NCBI GenBank assembly: GCA_964016885.1
Contig: OZ024742.1
Coordinates: forward strand, 121,768,001-121,832,000
Source: Eledone cirrhosa
Taxonomy: Eukaryota
Direction: 5' to 3'
DNA: 64,000 bases
Under the pieces are notes generated by a model that was given only the letters and a program-made list of their open reading frames with translations, did no database searches and was not told the DNA's origin. Numbering within the stretch: the stretch's first letter is position 1; each line of letters opens with the position of its first letter. The position numbers and the translations under genes were made by a program. Below are positions 52,045-64,000 of the stretch, piece after piece.

Positions 52045-53995
52045 AGAGTTGTAGGGGCATCGTATCGACATACGAGGTTTCTCGGGCATTTTAAGCTTGG
52101 CGAAACCCATCTCTCTTTCAGAGAAAGATTGAGAGTGAGAGAGAAAGTGAGAAAGAGATACAGAGGAAGAATCCACCCCTGAACTATACTGGTACATTTT
52201 TGTCTAAGAATGCTTTATATAAAATGTCCACCTGATTATACGATGGTATGATGAGACTGAAGGCAATTCAACTGGCTCCTATTTATTACAGATCAAGTGA
52301 CTGGATAGAGGCGCCATTAGTATAGCATATTCAATTTTCCAATTAACATTCCAAACTTTTAAAAAAATTGTGTATACGTAGCCGATCTCTTGGACTTTTA
52401 CAAAACACTGAGAAGATAAAGTTAATATAAAGAATGATGTATTTATGCACGAAGATGCTATAAAATAGCTTATAAGATAGGGTATAGACCCTTTAAGACG
52501 GAAACAAACGTTGCCATATTGTGACCCCAGTATTTAGGCTGGTATGTGGCGCATTAACTCCTTACATCTAGTCTCGCTATCGGTCTTGGAAACCATATAC
52601 ACAAAGACACTCGTAGGAAATGCAATAGTTTCATACATTGTTAGTGTTTCTTGCGATTGTTTTTCTGTGGGCAAGATGTACATTAGTCACTTTCTTGTCT
52701 ATCTATTTGTATGTGTATTTCTTGCTCAAGCAGGCACTGTCTTTTGTAACACATCTGTCTTATGTTTTCTTTTCCGGGAGCAAGACTGCGTCCAATGCTT
52801 CTAGCAAAATTATTATTAAAATTCTTGCACGTGTAGTGATCTACATATGTATGAAGGTGCGTATATCTAATTTTGTAAAGATATGTGCGTAACGTTTATT
52901 TTATTTTAGCGTGATTTGTTTGGGAGCCTAGATGTTGCTAGCACTTTGTGAGAGCATTTTATTTCTGACTCCTTAGTAGATTTCATCTTTATAACTACTT
53001 TTGAAAATGTTCTAATGACAAACAATTCAAGATATATTCCCACTTTAAACTGAGGAAAACAAGAAAAGATAAATAATCTAATATTTTTCAGAAAATCACA
53101 AGTACCTTACGACGTATCTATTGCAGGCAAACCTCTCCTAAAATAATGATGAATTTTAATTTAAGTATAGAGCCTAAAGTAGAGAAGGGAAAGTTATTTA
53201 AATCTACTTCAGAATTTGATTGGCATTTTATTTTATCAATCCTACAAGTCGGAATTTGACCAGAAAAACGAAACACAACAATGTATTTTTCTCGATTCTT
53301 TTTCCCGATTCTTTTTCACTCATGAGCCTCCTTTAAGTATGCATAACGCCAGAAATGATATAGACACAAGTACTTATTTGGCAGTTTATTTTATTGAAAG
53401 GGAACGATAAAAAGATGTTTACCTCACCGGAACATCAAATCAGAACGCAAAGAACTGGATAAACAGTAGGAGGTAATAATAGCAATTATAGAAACAATAA
53501 TATTTGGTTTCATTTATGCTATTAATCATAATATTGAGTTATTTAATTAACCTTCGTCTTTTTCACATTTCAATATCAAAGATACTATTTGTGTACGTGA
53601 CGGAATAATCTATAGACACGTGTCCTCAAACAAAACTCTCAAGCTTAATCGATGAGACAGTATAACAAAGCTGAACTTTTTGAATTACATACAATATTTA
53701 TCCAGCCGATTTTCACACTGCTACCCTCTATCTAATTTCACTCACGGGACTATATTTAAGATACTTGCTCAAGAATTCATGCTCCGTTTTGGGACCACGG
53801 TGCCCATGATTGCGAATCGAACTTTGTAACCAGTGGTAGCACGTGGCTTAGTGGTAAAAGTGTTTGAAACCTGGACTGAAATGTGTATTGTGTAATGTGT
53901 ATTGTGAAGAGCAAAACATTCATTTCACGTTACTCCAGTATACTCAGCTGAAAATGAGTACCAGCAATAGCTAGCGATATAATCCTGCGATGGAC

Positions 53996-54195
53996 NNNNN
54001 NNNNNNNNNNNNNNNNNNNNNNNNNNNNNNNNNNNNNNNNNNNNNNNNNNNNNNNNNNNNNNNNNNNNNNNNNNNNNNNNNNNNNNNNNNNNNNNNNNNN
54101 NNNNNNNNNNNNNNNNNNNNNNNNNNNNNNNNNNNNNNNNNNNNNNNNNNNNNNNNNNNNNNNNNNNNNNNNNNNNNNNNNNNNNNNNNNNNNNN
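53996..54195. other. Assembly gap (200 N)
   Basis: Run of N; interrupts a family C SINE. Confidence 1.
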
Positions 54196-54707
54196 CACAT
54201 ACACACACACATTATATATATTAGCATAATTACATTATGTTTATTGAACTACATTGAACATAACCTTGGCCAGAAGGCGTTGGTGTCATCATACAGTCTC
54301 CAACCTTCATTGGCTGTTTCGACCCTTAACCGTAGTACTTTTCGTTGTTATTAATTGTGTGCTAAGCAATCGAGGTAAACGATTAGATTATATCAGCATA
54401 TATACAGAGTAGCGGTAAACGAGACTGTGTTAACATGTATATAAATTTACACCTTAAATATGTAGAGTTTTAAACATGCAAAATATACGTATTTCCCTGT
54501 AACCTGAAACACTGATACGATAAATCAGGAAATATGTCAATTTAGTATGTTTATGTGGGTATACATAAAAAAATGTGTCAATTCACATACACATTTACGC
54601 AGTTACGGTTACCTTAGTTCTGCATATATATATATATATAATATATATATATATATATACATACAATGATATTAAATAAATGGAAACTATATTTATAAAA
54701 CCATATT

Positions 54708-54768
54708 TATTCTATTATATATATTTCAAGGGTACCAAAACTTTGGTACGCTTTCATCAGATAAAATA
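54708..54768 (-). ncRNA. Type I hammerhead ribozyme at the PLE 3' end
   Basis: TATTTTAT-CTGATGA-AAG-C-GTACCAAA(GT)TTTGGTAC-C-CTT-GAAA-TATATA-TA-ATAGAATA. Confidence 0.87.
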
Positions 54769-56610
54769 CAAAGTTAGTTTTATAAATTTTGACATAACCA
54801 AGAAAAATACCTTAACGGTTCAAGTTTTCCTTGGATAGTGAGGAGATAAGAGAAGAAAAGACAGATATTTCAAATTATTAAGATGAGTATGCAAATAAGG
54901 TAGAGGTATAGGGCTGAAAAAACGATATTTTAGACGCTATGCAGAATTTAAATGTATGAGTAAGAAGAAGAAAAAGGAAGAAAAGCTTGTATTTACGTTA
55001 ATTTAAAAGGAATTAACACTTTGGGGGAATGGTGGAATATGATTCCAGAATTTAAATTTATTTAGCTATATTATGAGTTATAATATATAATCACTTAGAT
55101 TATATGAAGAATTAGGGTTGTAAGTATATTTTATCTTATTATATTACAATAGGTTATAAGTATATAAATATCTATATAGATTAATAATTGTGCATGTATA
55201 AGAATTATAGAAATAGAAATAATTTACAATTATTAGTTGTTTACATTTCTAATATGAGTTACGAAGGATGTTGGTTTTGCATTTTACATAAAAAAAGTTC
55301 AAGTTGTAAGAGGAGAACAATTTGTAGATTCGAATATTTTGTTCCAACATTGAAAATATTTTCACAATATTGTTAATTTAGCGAAGTTATATAGTTTACA
55401 TATATTATAATATGTTTATGTTTGCACGATTGAAAAGGGAAAGATAACTCCATACTTGTTTGTTAACCGTTAAATTTGATGAATGATTTGCTCAGAAAAT
55501 AAATAGAGAAAATTATATATTATTTTAGTCGAAAGATGTGTGAAAGTTTGAAGATCAAAAGGAGAGGAAAAACGTAATGTGCATTTCGAAGAACTATCGT
55601 AAAGAGGATAAATTTTCAGAATGTTAATTAAAGATTATCAATATATACCTAAAAAATATATTTAGAGGGGTATCATTAGGAAAATAATGTCAGAAGTAAA
55701 AAATCTAAAAAAATCTAAAAAAATCTAAAAAAATCTAAAAAAATCTAAACAAATCTAAAAAAATATATATATTAAAAAAAAAAGAGTTAATGCCAAAAGG
55801 TAAAAATAGTAGAAATATTAAAACATTAAGAAAGAAGGTCATTTAAAAGAATTTACATTTAACTTTAAGTTTGAATTTTTAAAGAAAATAGGATCATTTT
55901 GAAGGTGTATGAGATATAGTCAAGTGTAATGAATATCATAAATTGAAAATACTTCTGAAAGTGGAATTTTGGCGATGTCTGCAAGAAGAAAATAATTCTG
56001 TTTTAAGTTTAATAGAGTTTCGACAGTTAATTATATAAAAAATTTCCTCGATACACAAGTTACAGAATCTTGAGAAAGCCATATTTCGTTATGCAGGTAC
56101 TTTCGAAATCGTTCCCCAAGATATTGAATAGTCTATATTGTTGTCTTTTAAGTTCCAAATTAAATGTGAAAGTGAAGTGGAAGATTTTTTATCGGATCTC
56201 TTAAATGTGTGTTTATGGTTATACCAGCGTTCTTTGAATTTTGTGGAAGTGGCACCAATATAGTTAAATACTTTGTCTCTAGTTTTAACTGTGCATTTAT
56301 AAATTTCGTTTTTGTCTAAGCAATTATTTTCTAAAGAGCAGTTTGATTTAATTCTACAGTTACATTTTCTGTAGCTGTTCGGAACGGTACTATTATTCTG
56401 AATAATGTTGTTAGAAATATTATTATTGCTATTTTGGTTAGTTTGGTTAGGGTTTAAATTTAAGTTTCTATTATTAATTCTATTTATATTTTGTGCTATG
56501 TTCATAGTAGTAGAGTAGGATAGTTTTATAGTATCTGTTAAAATCGTTAAGGTATTTGAACCGTTAAGGTATTTTTCTTGGTTATGTTAAAATTTATAAA
56601 ACTAACTTTG

Positions 56611-56671
56611 TATTTTATCCGATGAAAGCGTACCAAACTTTTGGTACCCTTGAAATATATATAATAGTATA
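56611..56671 (+). ncRNA. Hammerhead copy in the inverted PLE terminus, core mutated to CCGATGA
   Basis: Inverted copy of 54708-54768 with U4>C. Confidence 0.75.
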
Positions 56672-56805
56672 AATATGGTTTAATAAATATAGTTTCCATT
56701 TATTTAATATCATTGAATATTATACTCCAGAAAACCTGTCGAGTGCTCTGAATCAGTTACATTTATATTTGTTGAACTACCAACAAATTGAATATCCCTT
56801 TTGCT

Positions 56806-56844
<39 letters not shown>

Positions 56845-57229
56845 AAAAAAAACAGTAGACAATGCTAATGGGATTTTTTCATAGAATAACAGCAAAACAT
56901 TTATTTATAAAAAAAGTTTTATCGTACCGGTTTCAGCCGCGTGGGCATCCTCTTACTACGGAAGTGTATAATAACATTTATGATGGATTTAAGTTGTATA
57001 TTAATCAGAATATGGTATAAAATGACATGGTTTATATATATGTAGAAGAGTTCATATTTTTGTATATCGCTTTGTCTCTTTGGTGGTGTTGACTATAATT
57101 ACAGCAATGGTAGTGAGAGTAGCACTAGCGCGTTATTTATTCTTGGTGTTGACTTCGAATGTAGTGGTAGTAGTAGGTGGGGAGAAGGGGAAGGAGAAGC
57201 AGAAGGAGAGGTAGAAGAAGGAGTATGAG

Positions 57230-60200
57230 AAGAGGGTAATGGTGAGCTTGGTTTTCATCAAGGACTGAATCAACGGATTTGTACTCTTTAATCACTGCTG
57301 GAATCTTATTCATTAATTCCTGGTTAATTCTTGCTACTGTCTCATTCTTTTGACCAAGAATTGCTCTTTCACACAACCATTTATGTGAATTATAATTATT
57401 ACTTAAGTTTGGAAATACCATTCTGCAATTCAGCTGGGGAATTCACCATCATAACAATATGAGCCAAATTGATATCACCATTCCCATCAATCGGGACTGC
57501 CCCATTTCCTAATTGAAGGTATCGAGTTGAGAACTGTTCTGTACATTGGTCCCAGTGTAATAAAGCTCGCATGTTAGTTTTGAAGGAGAATTTCTGTACT
57601 ATATTAATAGATGCGGAAACTTAATGGTTGCTTTTATTTCATCAGCTCTTGTTCCTCTCGGAATGACTGGTAATGTCTGTCTGAAGTCTTCTGATTAAAC
57701 TAATGCAACTCCTGCCATAGATTTATTGTTGCCTCTTATGTCATGTAAGGTCTTATCAAGAGCTTCCATTGCACCTCTATGTGACATGGTGCATTCATCC
57801 CAAATGATTAGGTGGCATTGGCGCAACTCTTCTGCTGAACTTGAAGCTTTGCTTATGTTACAAATTGGACTGTTATTTGTGACCAGGGTTAGCGGTAATA
57901 TAAAAGCAGGATGAGTTGTTCGTCCTCCTGGGAGAAGGGTTGGAGTAATGTTAGACGATTCTATAGCAACTGCAATTATCTTTTGTTTGCCTTACCTTGT
58001 AAAGAAGCAATGTTGTTACAAATGTTTTACCTGTGCCACCAGGAGCATCAAGAAAGAAAATTCCTCCGCTTTTTTCTCTGACTGACGAAATAATTTTATC
58101 ATATGCACAGTGTTGTTCGGGAAGAAGTTTAGGTTCATGTTCATTCACTGTGTGGAACACGGGTGAAGTCCCAGAAGATTGGAGAAACGGAGCGGTTGTC
58201 TGTATCCCCAAGAAGGGCAACCTTGCCGATTGTGACAACTGGAGGGGAGTGACACTTCTCTCCATACCAGGGAAGGTCTATTGTCTGGTGATCCTGAACC
58301 ACATACGTGGCATGGTAGACCGGGAACTGCGAGAACAACAGGCAGGGTTCCGACCAAAACGTTCCTGTGCACAGCAGATCTTTACGTTACGCCGCATCAT
58401 TGAGGGGTACAACGAATTCCAGAGGCCCCTCGCCGTCAGCTTCATCGATTTCTCCAAAGCATTCGATAGCATTCATCGGCCGTCACTCTGGAGCATCATG
58501 CATGAGTATGGTCTGCCCCAGAAAGTAATTTCGGCAATCAAACAGATTTACGCAAACTCCAAGTGCTGCATACGGACAGAGGATGGTTACAGTGACTGGT
58601 TTGAGGTGGTTACTGGTGTGCGTCAAGGTTGCTCGCTGTATCCAATTCTCTTTGCCATAGCCATTGCCTGGGTACTAAGAAGAGCGTCTAAAGACCTGGG
58701 TATATCTTGAGTGGGAGAGCAAAAGTTGTCTGACCTGGACTTTGCGGACGATATTGTTGCACTTGCAGAGAGCACAGCTGACCTGCAAATCATTCTGAAC
58801 AATATCAATGTCGAAGCAGGAAGCTTAGGTCTCAATATCAGTGCTAAGAAGACCAAAAGCATGTTATCTGGGACACAGCCATCACCAACTAGTGTTTTCA
58901 TTGAACAGGGGGAGGTGGAGATAGTGGACAACTTCACCTACCTAGGAAGCTCCATTGACAATGGGGGCGCCATGGACAGTGAATTGCAATGTACAATGGG
59001 AAAGGCTTCAGCAGAATTTAACCAGCTTGTCAAGATCTGGAAGAGCAGGAAGTTCACCCTCAAAACAAAGATGAGATTCTACAGCAGCAACGTGCTGTCC
59101 ACACTCTTGTACGGAAGTGAAACATGGCACCTTAAGACCAGCCAAGAGATGAAGTTGGACGCATTCGATTCCAGGTGTCTTCGAAAGATCCTGGGGATTA
59201 AATGGAGTGACCATGTAACAAACCAGGAAGTCAGGAACCGCACCAACCAGCAGCTAGTCTCTTCTGCCATCTGCAAGCGACGCCTGGGCTGGTTTGGGCA
59301 CGCTTTGAGACTTCCTCCGGAGAGACTGGCGAACCAAGTACTTAAATGGAACCCACAGGGAAGCAGACGGAGAGGGCGACCTAAAATGAACTGGCGCCAG
59401 ACAGCTGAGAGGGACCTGCGAGCGACAAACAGACAATGGCGGGACGCTGTGCAACTGGCTACTGACCGAACGCGGTGGAACAGTATGATTGCCTCATGCG
59501 TCGCAAGACGCGGGAGCTTCTGAGTCTGAGTCATTCACAAATGCAGCCAACTCTGTGATGTCATAATTTGTCTCTTTTGTTATGTGTCTTGAAGTTAAAT
59601 CACTAACTTGGCGGTTTGCTTTTTGCAGTCCACAGCCAGATTCTTGCAAATTGTTGCCTCCAATGGCCAAAACTTGATCCTCAATCTCAATCAGTGTTTG
59701 GTAAACACATTTTTCAGAGAACTGAATATTGATATCTGAGTTTGCCTGTTGAACTGCATACTTTAAGTCCTCAGCCAAGTCCTCACGATGATTCATACAA
59801 AACTGTAGAGGACTGCCAAGTTAACACATGTTCAGCATAATTTCCAAAAGGTTACGAAGTTTCCTTGGAGAATCTGATACTGACGCTTCCGTCAATTCAA
59901 GGTCCCAATGCTCATCATTTTCTAAAACACCTTGTTGATAGCATGCTTCCCTACAAGTTTCACACACATGACCATTTACCCTCCTGATTTGGGACCACGT
60001 ACATCATGCAAAAGGAGCCGTAAGTTTTAGAATTCTGCTTTGCTTGGGTGGACACTGTAAACTCTTGCAAGCGCTTAAGCCCCACGTTTCCTCTTGTGCA
60101 ATTTATAGTTTCTCCAGGTGTAATACTTGGGTAATTCTAGGTAAAGGAGTTTTATTGCATTTTCATCTTCATGACACAACTTAAAAAAGACAGTGAGGGT

Positions 60201-60624
60201 AGTTTGTTTTGGAGAAAGTGCTCGTTGCAAGGCTGTTTGTTTTGTAAAGATAACCTTCTGGCCATTCTCTAGATGGACACTCAGATGAATGATGGCTGGG
60301 TGCCTCTCTGGAATTGGAAAATTGAAGATGCGCCAAAAAGCCTCATTGCTACTGATGTATCTTTCTCTCTCAAACTGTGCAACTTCGTCATTCTTATTTA
60401 TATGCTGACTGTCATTCTACATAGGAATGTATATTGCAGCATCTAAACACATGTTGATAGTTTTTACTTCCTATGGAACACCGCAAGAACACATACACAC
60501 ACAAATACACACATATACATGCACATAGACACATACTCACACATGTTAACAGTTATTGCTTTCTTTCCCCTCATATTTCCATGCACATGTATCTACACTG
60601 ACACATACATACAGTATCCAACAT

Positions 60625-60687
<63 letters not shown>

Positions 60688-61110
60688 ATCCCCTTCTCTT
60701 TGTGCCGGCTTTCTTTCAACTTTTCCTATAGTACTTACATACAATATGAAACGTACATCATCTCTCTCTCTCTCTCCCCCTTTCTTTCAACTTCTCCTAT
60801 AGAAACTTGTTCTCTCTTTGTGTTGCTTTCTCTTTTCTCTCTGTCTTTTTCTCGATCACACATATTCTCTCTCACCCTCTGTAACATTCCCTCACTTTTA
60901 GTCTATGTCTGTTTCTTTTACGCTCTCTCTCTCTGTAACCTACTCACACACTCACACTATTTACATTTCTCCCTCTATCGAAAAACGTTGTAACGAACGA
61001 GGGGAGGGAGGAGGAGAATAAAAAGCCACTTCCTCACTTTGCCTCGCTGTTTCTTTCTCTCCCCTCTCTCTCCTTCATTGGCATTATGCACAGACATACA
61101 AATACACAGA
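57230..61110 (-). mobile_element. Degenerate, internally deleted autonomous Helitron (RepHel/PIF1 helicase), interrupted by an RTE
   Basis: YISSNEAFWRIFNFPI..HPAIIHLSVHLENGQ; FFLDAPGGTGKTF Walker A; IIWDECTM; WLCERAIL..INQELMNKIP..YKSVDSV; 5' region ATATATTAGCAGATGTCTGTG resembles the start of the Helitron at 27262; 3' end not found. Confidence 0.88.
58149..59530 (+). mobile_element. Young 5'-truncated RTE-clade LINE inserted in the Helitron
   Basis: RT ORF 58149-59523 open except one TGA (58708-58710): NWRGVTLLS, FIDFSKAFD, GVRQGC, LDFADD; (TGAGTC)2 tail; TSD TCATTCAC at 58141-58148/59531-59538. Confidence 0.93.
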
Positions 61111-61325
61111 CATCTGCTAATATATATATCTTCATTTAGGTTTGTTGGTTCACCACTGGATAGAACTGGTCATTCTCTATAGTCAACCTTGATGTAATAT
61201 TAGGGAGAGCACTCGAAGTAATGCAACTCACCCGTCTTCGTTTGTGTAGTTGGTGGTGTGAGTACGGAGTTAATTATTATAAAATAACAGGAGGCTGGAC
61301 TGGTGTAATTCCTTAAAAGTTTATT

Positions 61326-61383
61326 ATACTATGAACATTTCAATGACCTGGTTCAGTATGAATCCGGTGAGATCATCAGGTAT
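61326..61383 (-). ncRNA. Type I hammerhead (partly decayed stem II) upstream of a PLE fragment
   Basis: ATAC-CTGATGA-..ACCGGATTCA(TAC)TGAACCAGGT..-GAAA-TGTTCA-TA-GTAT. Confidence 0.7.
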
Positions 61384-61759
61384 TCGAAATTTAACAAAGG
61401 AATATAATAGACACAATCCATGGGGATGAAAAGGCAGAGAGACAAGAAAGCGGCCAAACATTTAGCAATTTCTAGTCCGGTCGGCCGCCTGCAAATGAGG
61501 ACTACTAGTTCTTCTTATGTCTTTCTGGTGAAGGGGCGTAAGCTTATAGTGTACTACTACCACCCCGACATGGACAGAGGCTAGCGGTGGGATCAGGTTA
61601 CATTGAAATTGGTCAGAAGTGCTAAAAAGTGCTAAGAAATATATTTTTTCAAAAAACATTTATCTTTAACAAAGCTATATATAGTGGGCACCTGTACAGT
61701 ATATCTTTCATTGTAGGGTCAGAAATTACGGCTAACGATTAGAAATGTAAAATTTATCC

Positions 61760-62790
61760 CCTCAACAATGAGGAATTCGACACCATCCTCCAGAACATTC
61801 CTTTACTAAAAAGAGACGCAAGAATGACGAATATCCTCCAAACACACAACATCATAAAGAGCAAAAGACAACACAAATCCATAAAAAACATTCTCACACA
61901 AGCCAAAATCCAACAAACCCTCACAATGAACCCTACAGTATCAAAATGCGGAAGGCCCAACTGTGGCATATGCATAAAACTAATAGAAATTCAACATTCC
62001 ATTTTAAACAAGGACAACATTTCACAGTTAAACACAGCTTTACATGTGCATCTGAAAACCTTATCTATGTTTTGACATGCTCAGGTTGTCAAGAGCACTA
62101 CATAGGACAGACAAAAAACTGCCTCCGTCAACGTATGCCCGTCCATAAATCACAAATTAAAATACAGGAATACAGAAAGATTGCATTTAGTGAACATATC
62201 GCCAATTGCGTACTCAACCAACATCCAAACTTAAAAATTCTCGCCATTTACAAATTCATAGACAATGCTACTTTCATCCAACGTACCAATAAGTAAACAC
62301 ATTTCATTAATACATTTCAACCACTACTCAATGCCCTAAAAGTCGGACCAATCTAAAACTGCAACACACCATCAAACTTTTACAAGAGTTACCTCCCTCA
62401 CACCTTACCTAATCCTTTTTCTTAAATAAATTAAATATCACCCAGCAAGAATTGTTTCCCCCTGCATATTAACTCTCTAAAAAAAGAAATCATATCAAAC
62501 CACAGTCCACCATTTGCCTCCTTAACGGAACCATGGTTCAACTAAGCACTTTTGCGATATTAACACATTTTGAACTGCTTAACTGCAATGACTCTGCTTG
62601 TAATTAACATTATTTTTTCTTCCACATTGACGTTTTTTTTCCTTTTTCTTTTTTCTTTTCACTTCTTAAACCTTGTTTGTATATAACATTATTCTTTCTG
62701 CACCTTCTGTTTAACATATGCGAGACCACACTAATACATTTCACTATCATTTGATAATGCATATAAATGCTGACACCGGTAATAGACAAT
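61760..62790 (+). mobile_element. Penelope-like element 3' fragment (Neptune-like Cys knuckle plus GIY-YIG)
   Basis: KCGRPNCGIC; frameshift; FTCASENLIYVLTCSGCQEHYIGQTKNCLRQRM..H; decayed HHR TTGATAA-TGCAT(ATAA)ATGC..ACCGGTA near 62750-62785. Confidence 0.85.
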
Positions 62791-63029
62791 AATTAAATAA
62801 ATAAATAAATAAATAAATAAATGCCATTGTTAAATAATAAATAAATCAACTAATACCTTAACACTTCACACAAAGTAAAACATTTCGTTTTAATCATTTT
62901 CTAACCCAGAAAAAAGAGAGAGAGAAACACAAAAGGAAAAACAAATATTTTTCTTCCTCATAATCGTCTCTTTCTCCCTGTTTTCATATGTATATATATA
63001 TATCATTTGATAATGCATATAAATGCAAT

Positions 63030-63962
63030 ACTGATAAGAAAAAATCAAAATTTATTCAGTTCGATAAGAAAAAATCAAAATTTAAGAAAAAATCAAAATT
63101 TATTCAGTTCGATATTGATGAATATTATTCCTCAATTTCACCTGATACTCTACAGGAAGCTCTTTCGTTCGCTAAGGCTAATTCCGACCTTACGGATGCT
63201 GAAATTAATATTATTATGGAAGCGAGGAAAACTATTGTTAAATTTGATGATAGCTACTGGGTTCGCAAAGATAGACCTCCTAATTTTGATATTACTATGG
63301 GTTCCAATGATTCGGCGGAAGTAACTGATCTTGTGGGAATTTATATCAACCACAGACTACAAGGAAAATTCAAGGATCTCCACGGTGGAATCTACCGTGA
63401 GGATGCGCTCCTATTAGTTAAGCATATGAATAACCAGAATTTAGAAAGGATGCGTAAAAATATCAGAAAGCTTTTTAAGGAACTAATATTAAATATTACA
63501 TTTGAATATAACCTCAAAGAGGTTAATTTCCTTGATGTTACTTTGAATCTCAATACAGAAACGATTAAACCGTTCCATAAACTAAATGAGAACCTTAAAT
63601 ATGTAAATACGAGTTCTAACCATCTACCCTCTATAATTAAATCCATCCCTAGAAATATTTCCCTTAGAATCTCCCGCCTGTCGTCCAACCAGCAAACCTT
63701 CAAAGAACATGCCGAATATTATGATGATGCACTTAGGACGGCTGGACGCCTAGATAATATAGAGTATATAGTCGACGATCACCAAAACACACAAAATAAA
63801 TCTCATAGAGGTAGAAATAGCATAGAATCAGCACCATACATACACTACCGCAATAGACACACTAATAGTCGCATACCACCAAACAGAAGGCGATGTAAAG
63901 AGTATATATGGTACATCAGCTATAACATCACAAAACAACAAACAACATCTCGTCCTACCTAA
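63030..63962 (+). pseudogene. Penelope-like reverse transcriptase fragment
   Basis: FIQFDIDEYYSSI, FDITMGSNDSAEVTDLVG, GGIYREDAL (catalytic YRDD altered), VNFLDVTLNL, SNHLPSIIKSIP; 5' truncated with short duplications; element probably continues beyond the window. Confidence 0.9.
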
Positions 63963-64000
63963 GCAACCTCATCAACCCATCCATGCCAATACAACAACGC

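Larger units (their letters stand above)
54664..56715 (-). mobile_element. Truncated Penelope-like element (GIY-YIG) with 160-bp inverted terminal repeats
   Basis: ORF 56089-56505 CNCRIKSNCSLENNC..EIYKC..YIGAT..FKERW; arms 54664-54823/56556-56715 each hold an HHR; 10-bp AAAAAATCTA tandem in the UTR. Confidence 0.9.

Overview
AT-rich, microsatellite-dense animal DNA made almost entirely of transposable elements. The SINE families look like those of octopus/coleoid cephalopods (my inference). There is no complete host gene, only one candidate first coding exon (31875-32064). Elements recognised: a 5'-truncated R4/Dong-clade RLE retrotransposon sitting in (CATA)n; a near full-length RTE LINE with three C-terminal C2H2 fingers; at least five Penelope-like elements (PLEs; RT and/or GIY-YIG), three with inverted terminal repeats; a degenerate RepHel Helitron with a young RTE nested in it; a complete non-autonomous Helitron; an LTR cluster; Hero and older RTE fragments; and many tRNA-derived SINEs. 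The main signal is RNA-level and invisible in the ORF track. About 12 intact-core type I hammerhead ribozyme (HHR) motifs and several decayed ones are present, nearly all with a tiny palindromic stem III. Six lie in a very young 466-bp tandem array (33580-36946) whose orientation flips at the ribozyme. This matches a non-LTR retrozyme (predicted ~466-nt self-cleaved, possibly circular RNA) plausibly mobilised by PLE machinery. Other HHRs lie in a 340-bp spacerless palindrome, in small foldback elements beside (TA)n, and in PLE termini, some with ~100-nt stem II insertions. All calls were made by eye; boundaries of degenerate elements are approximate.
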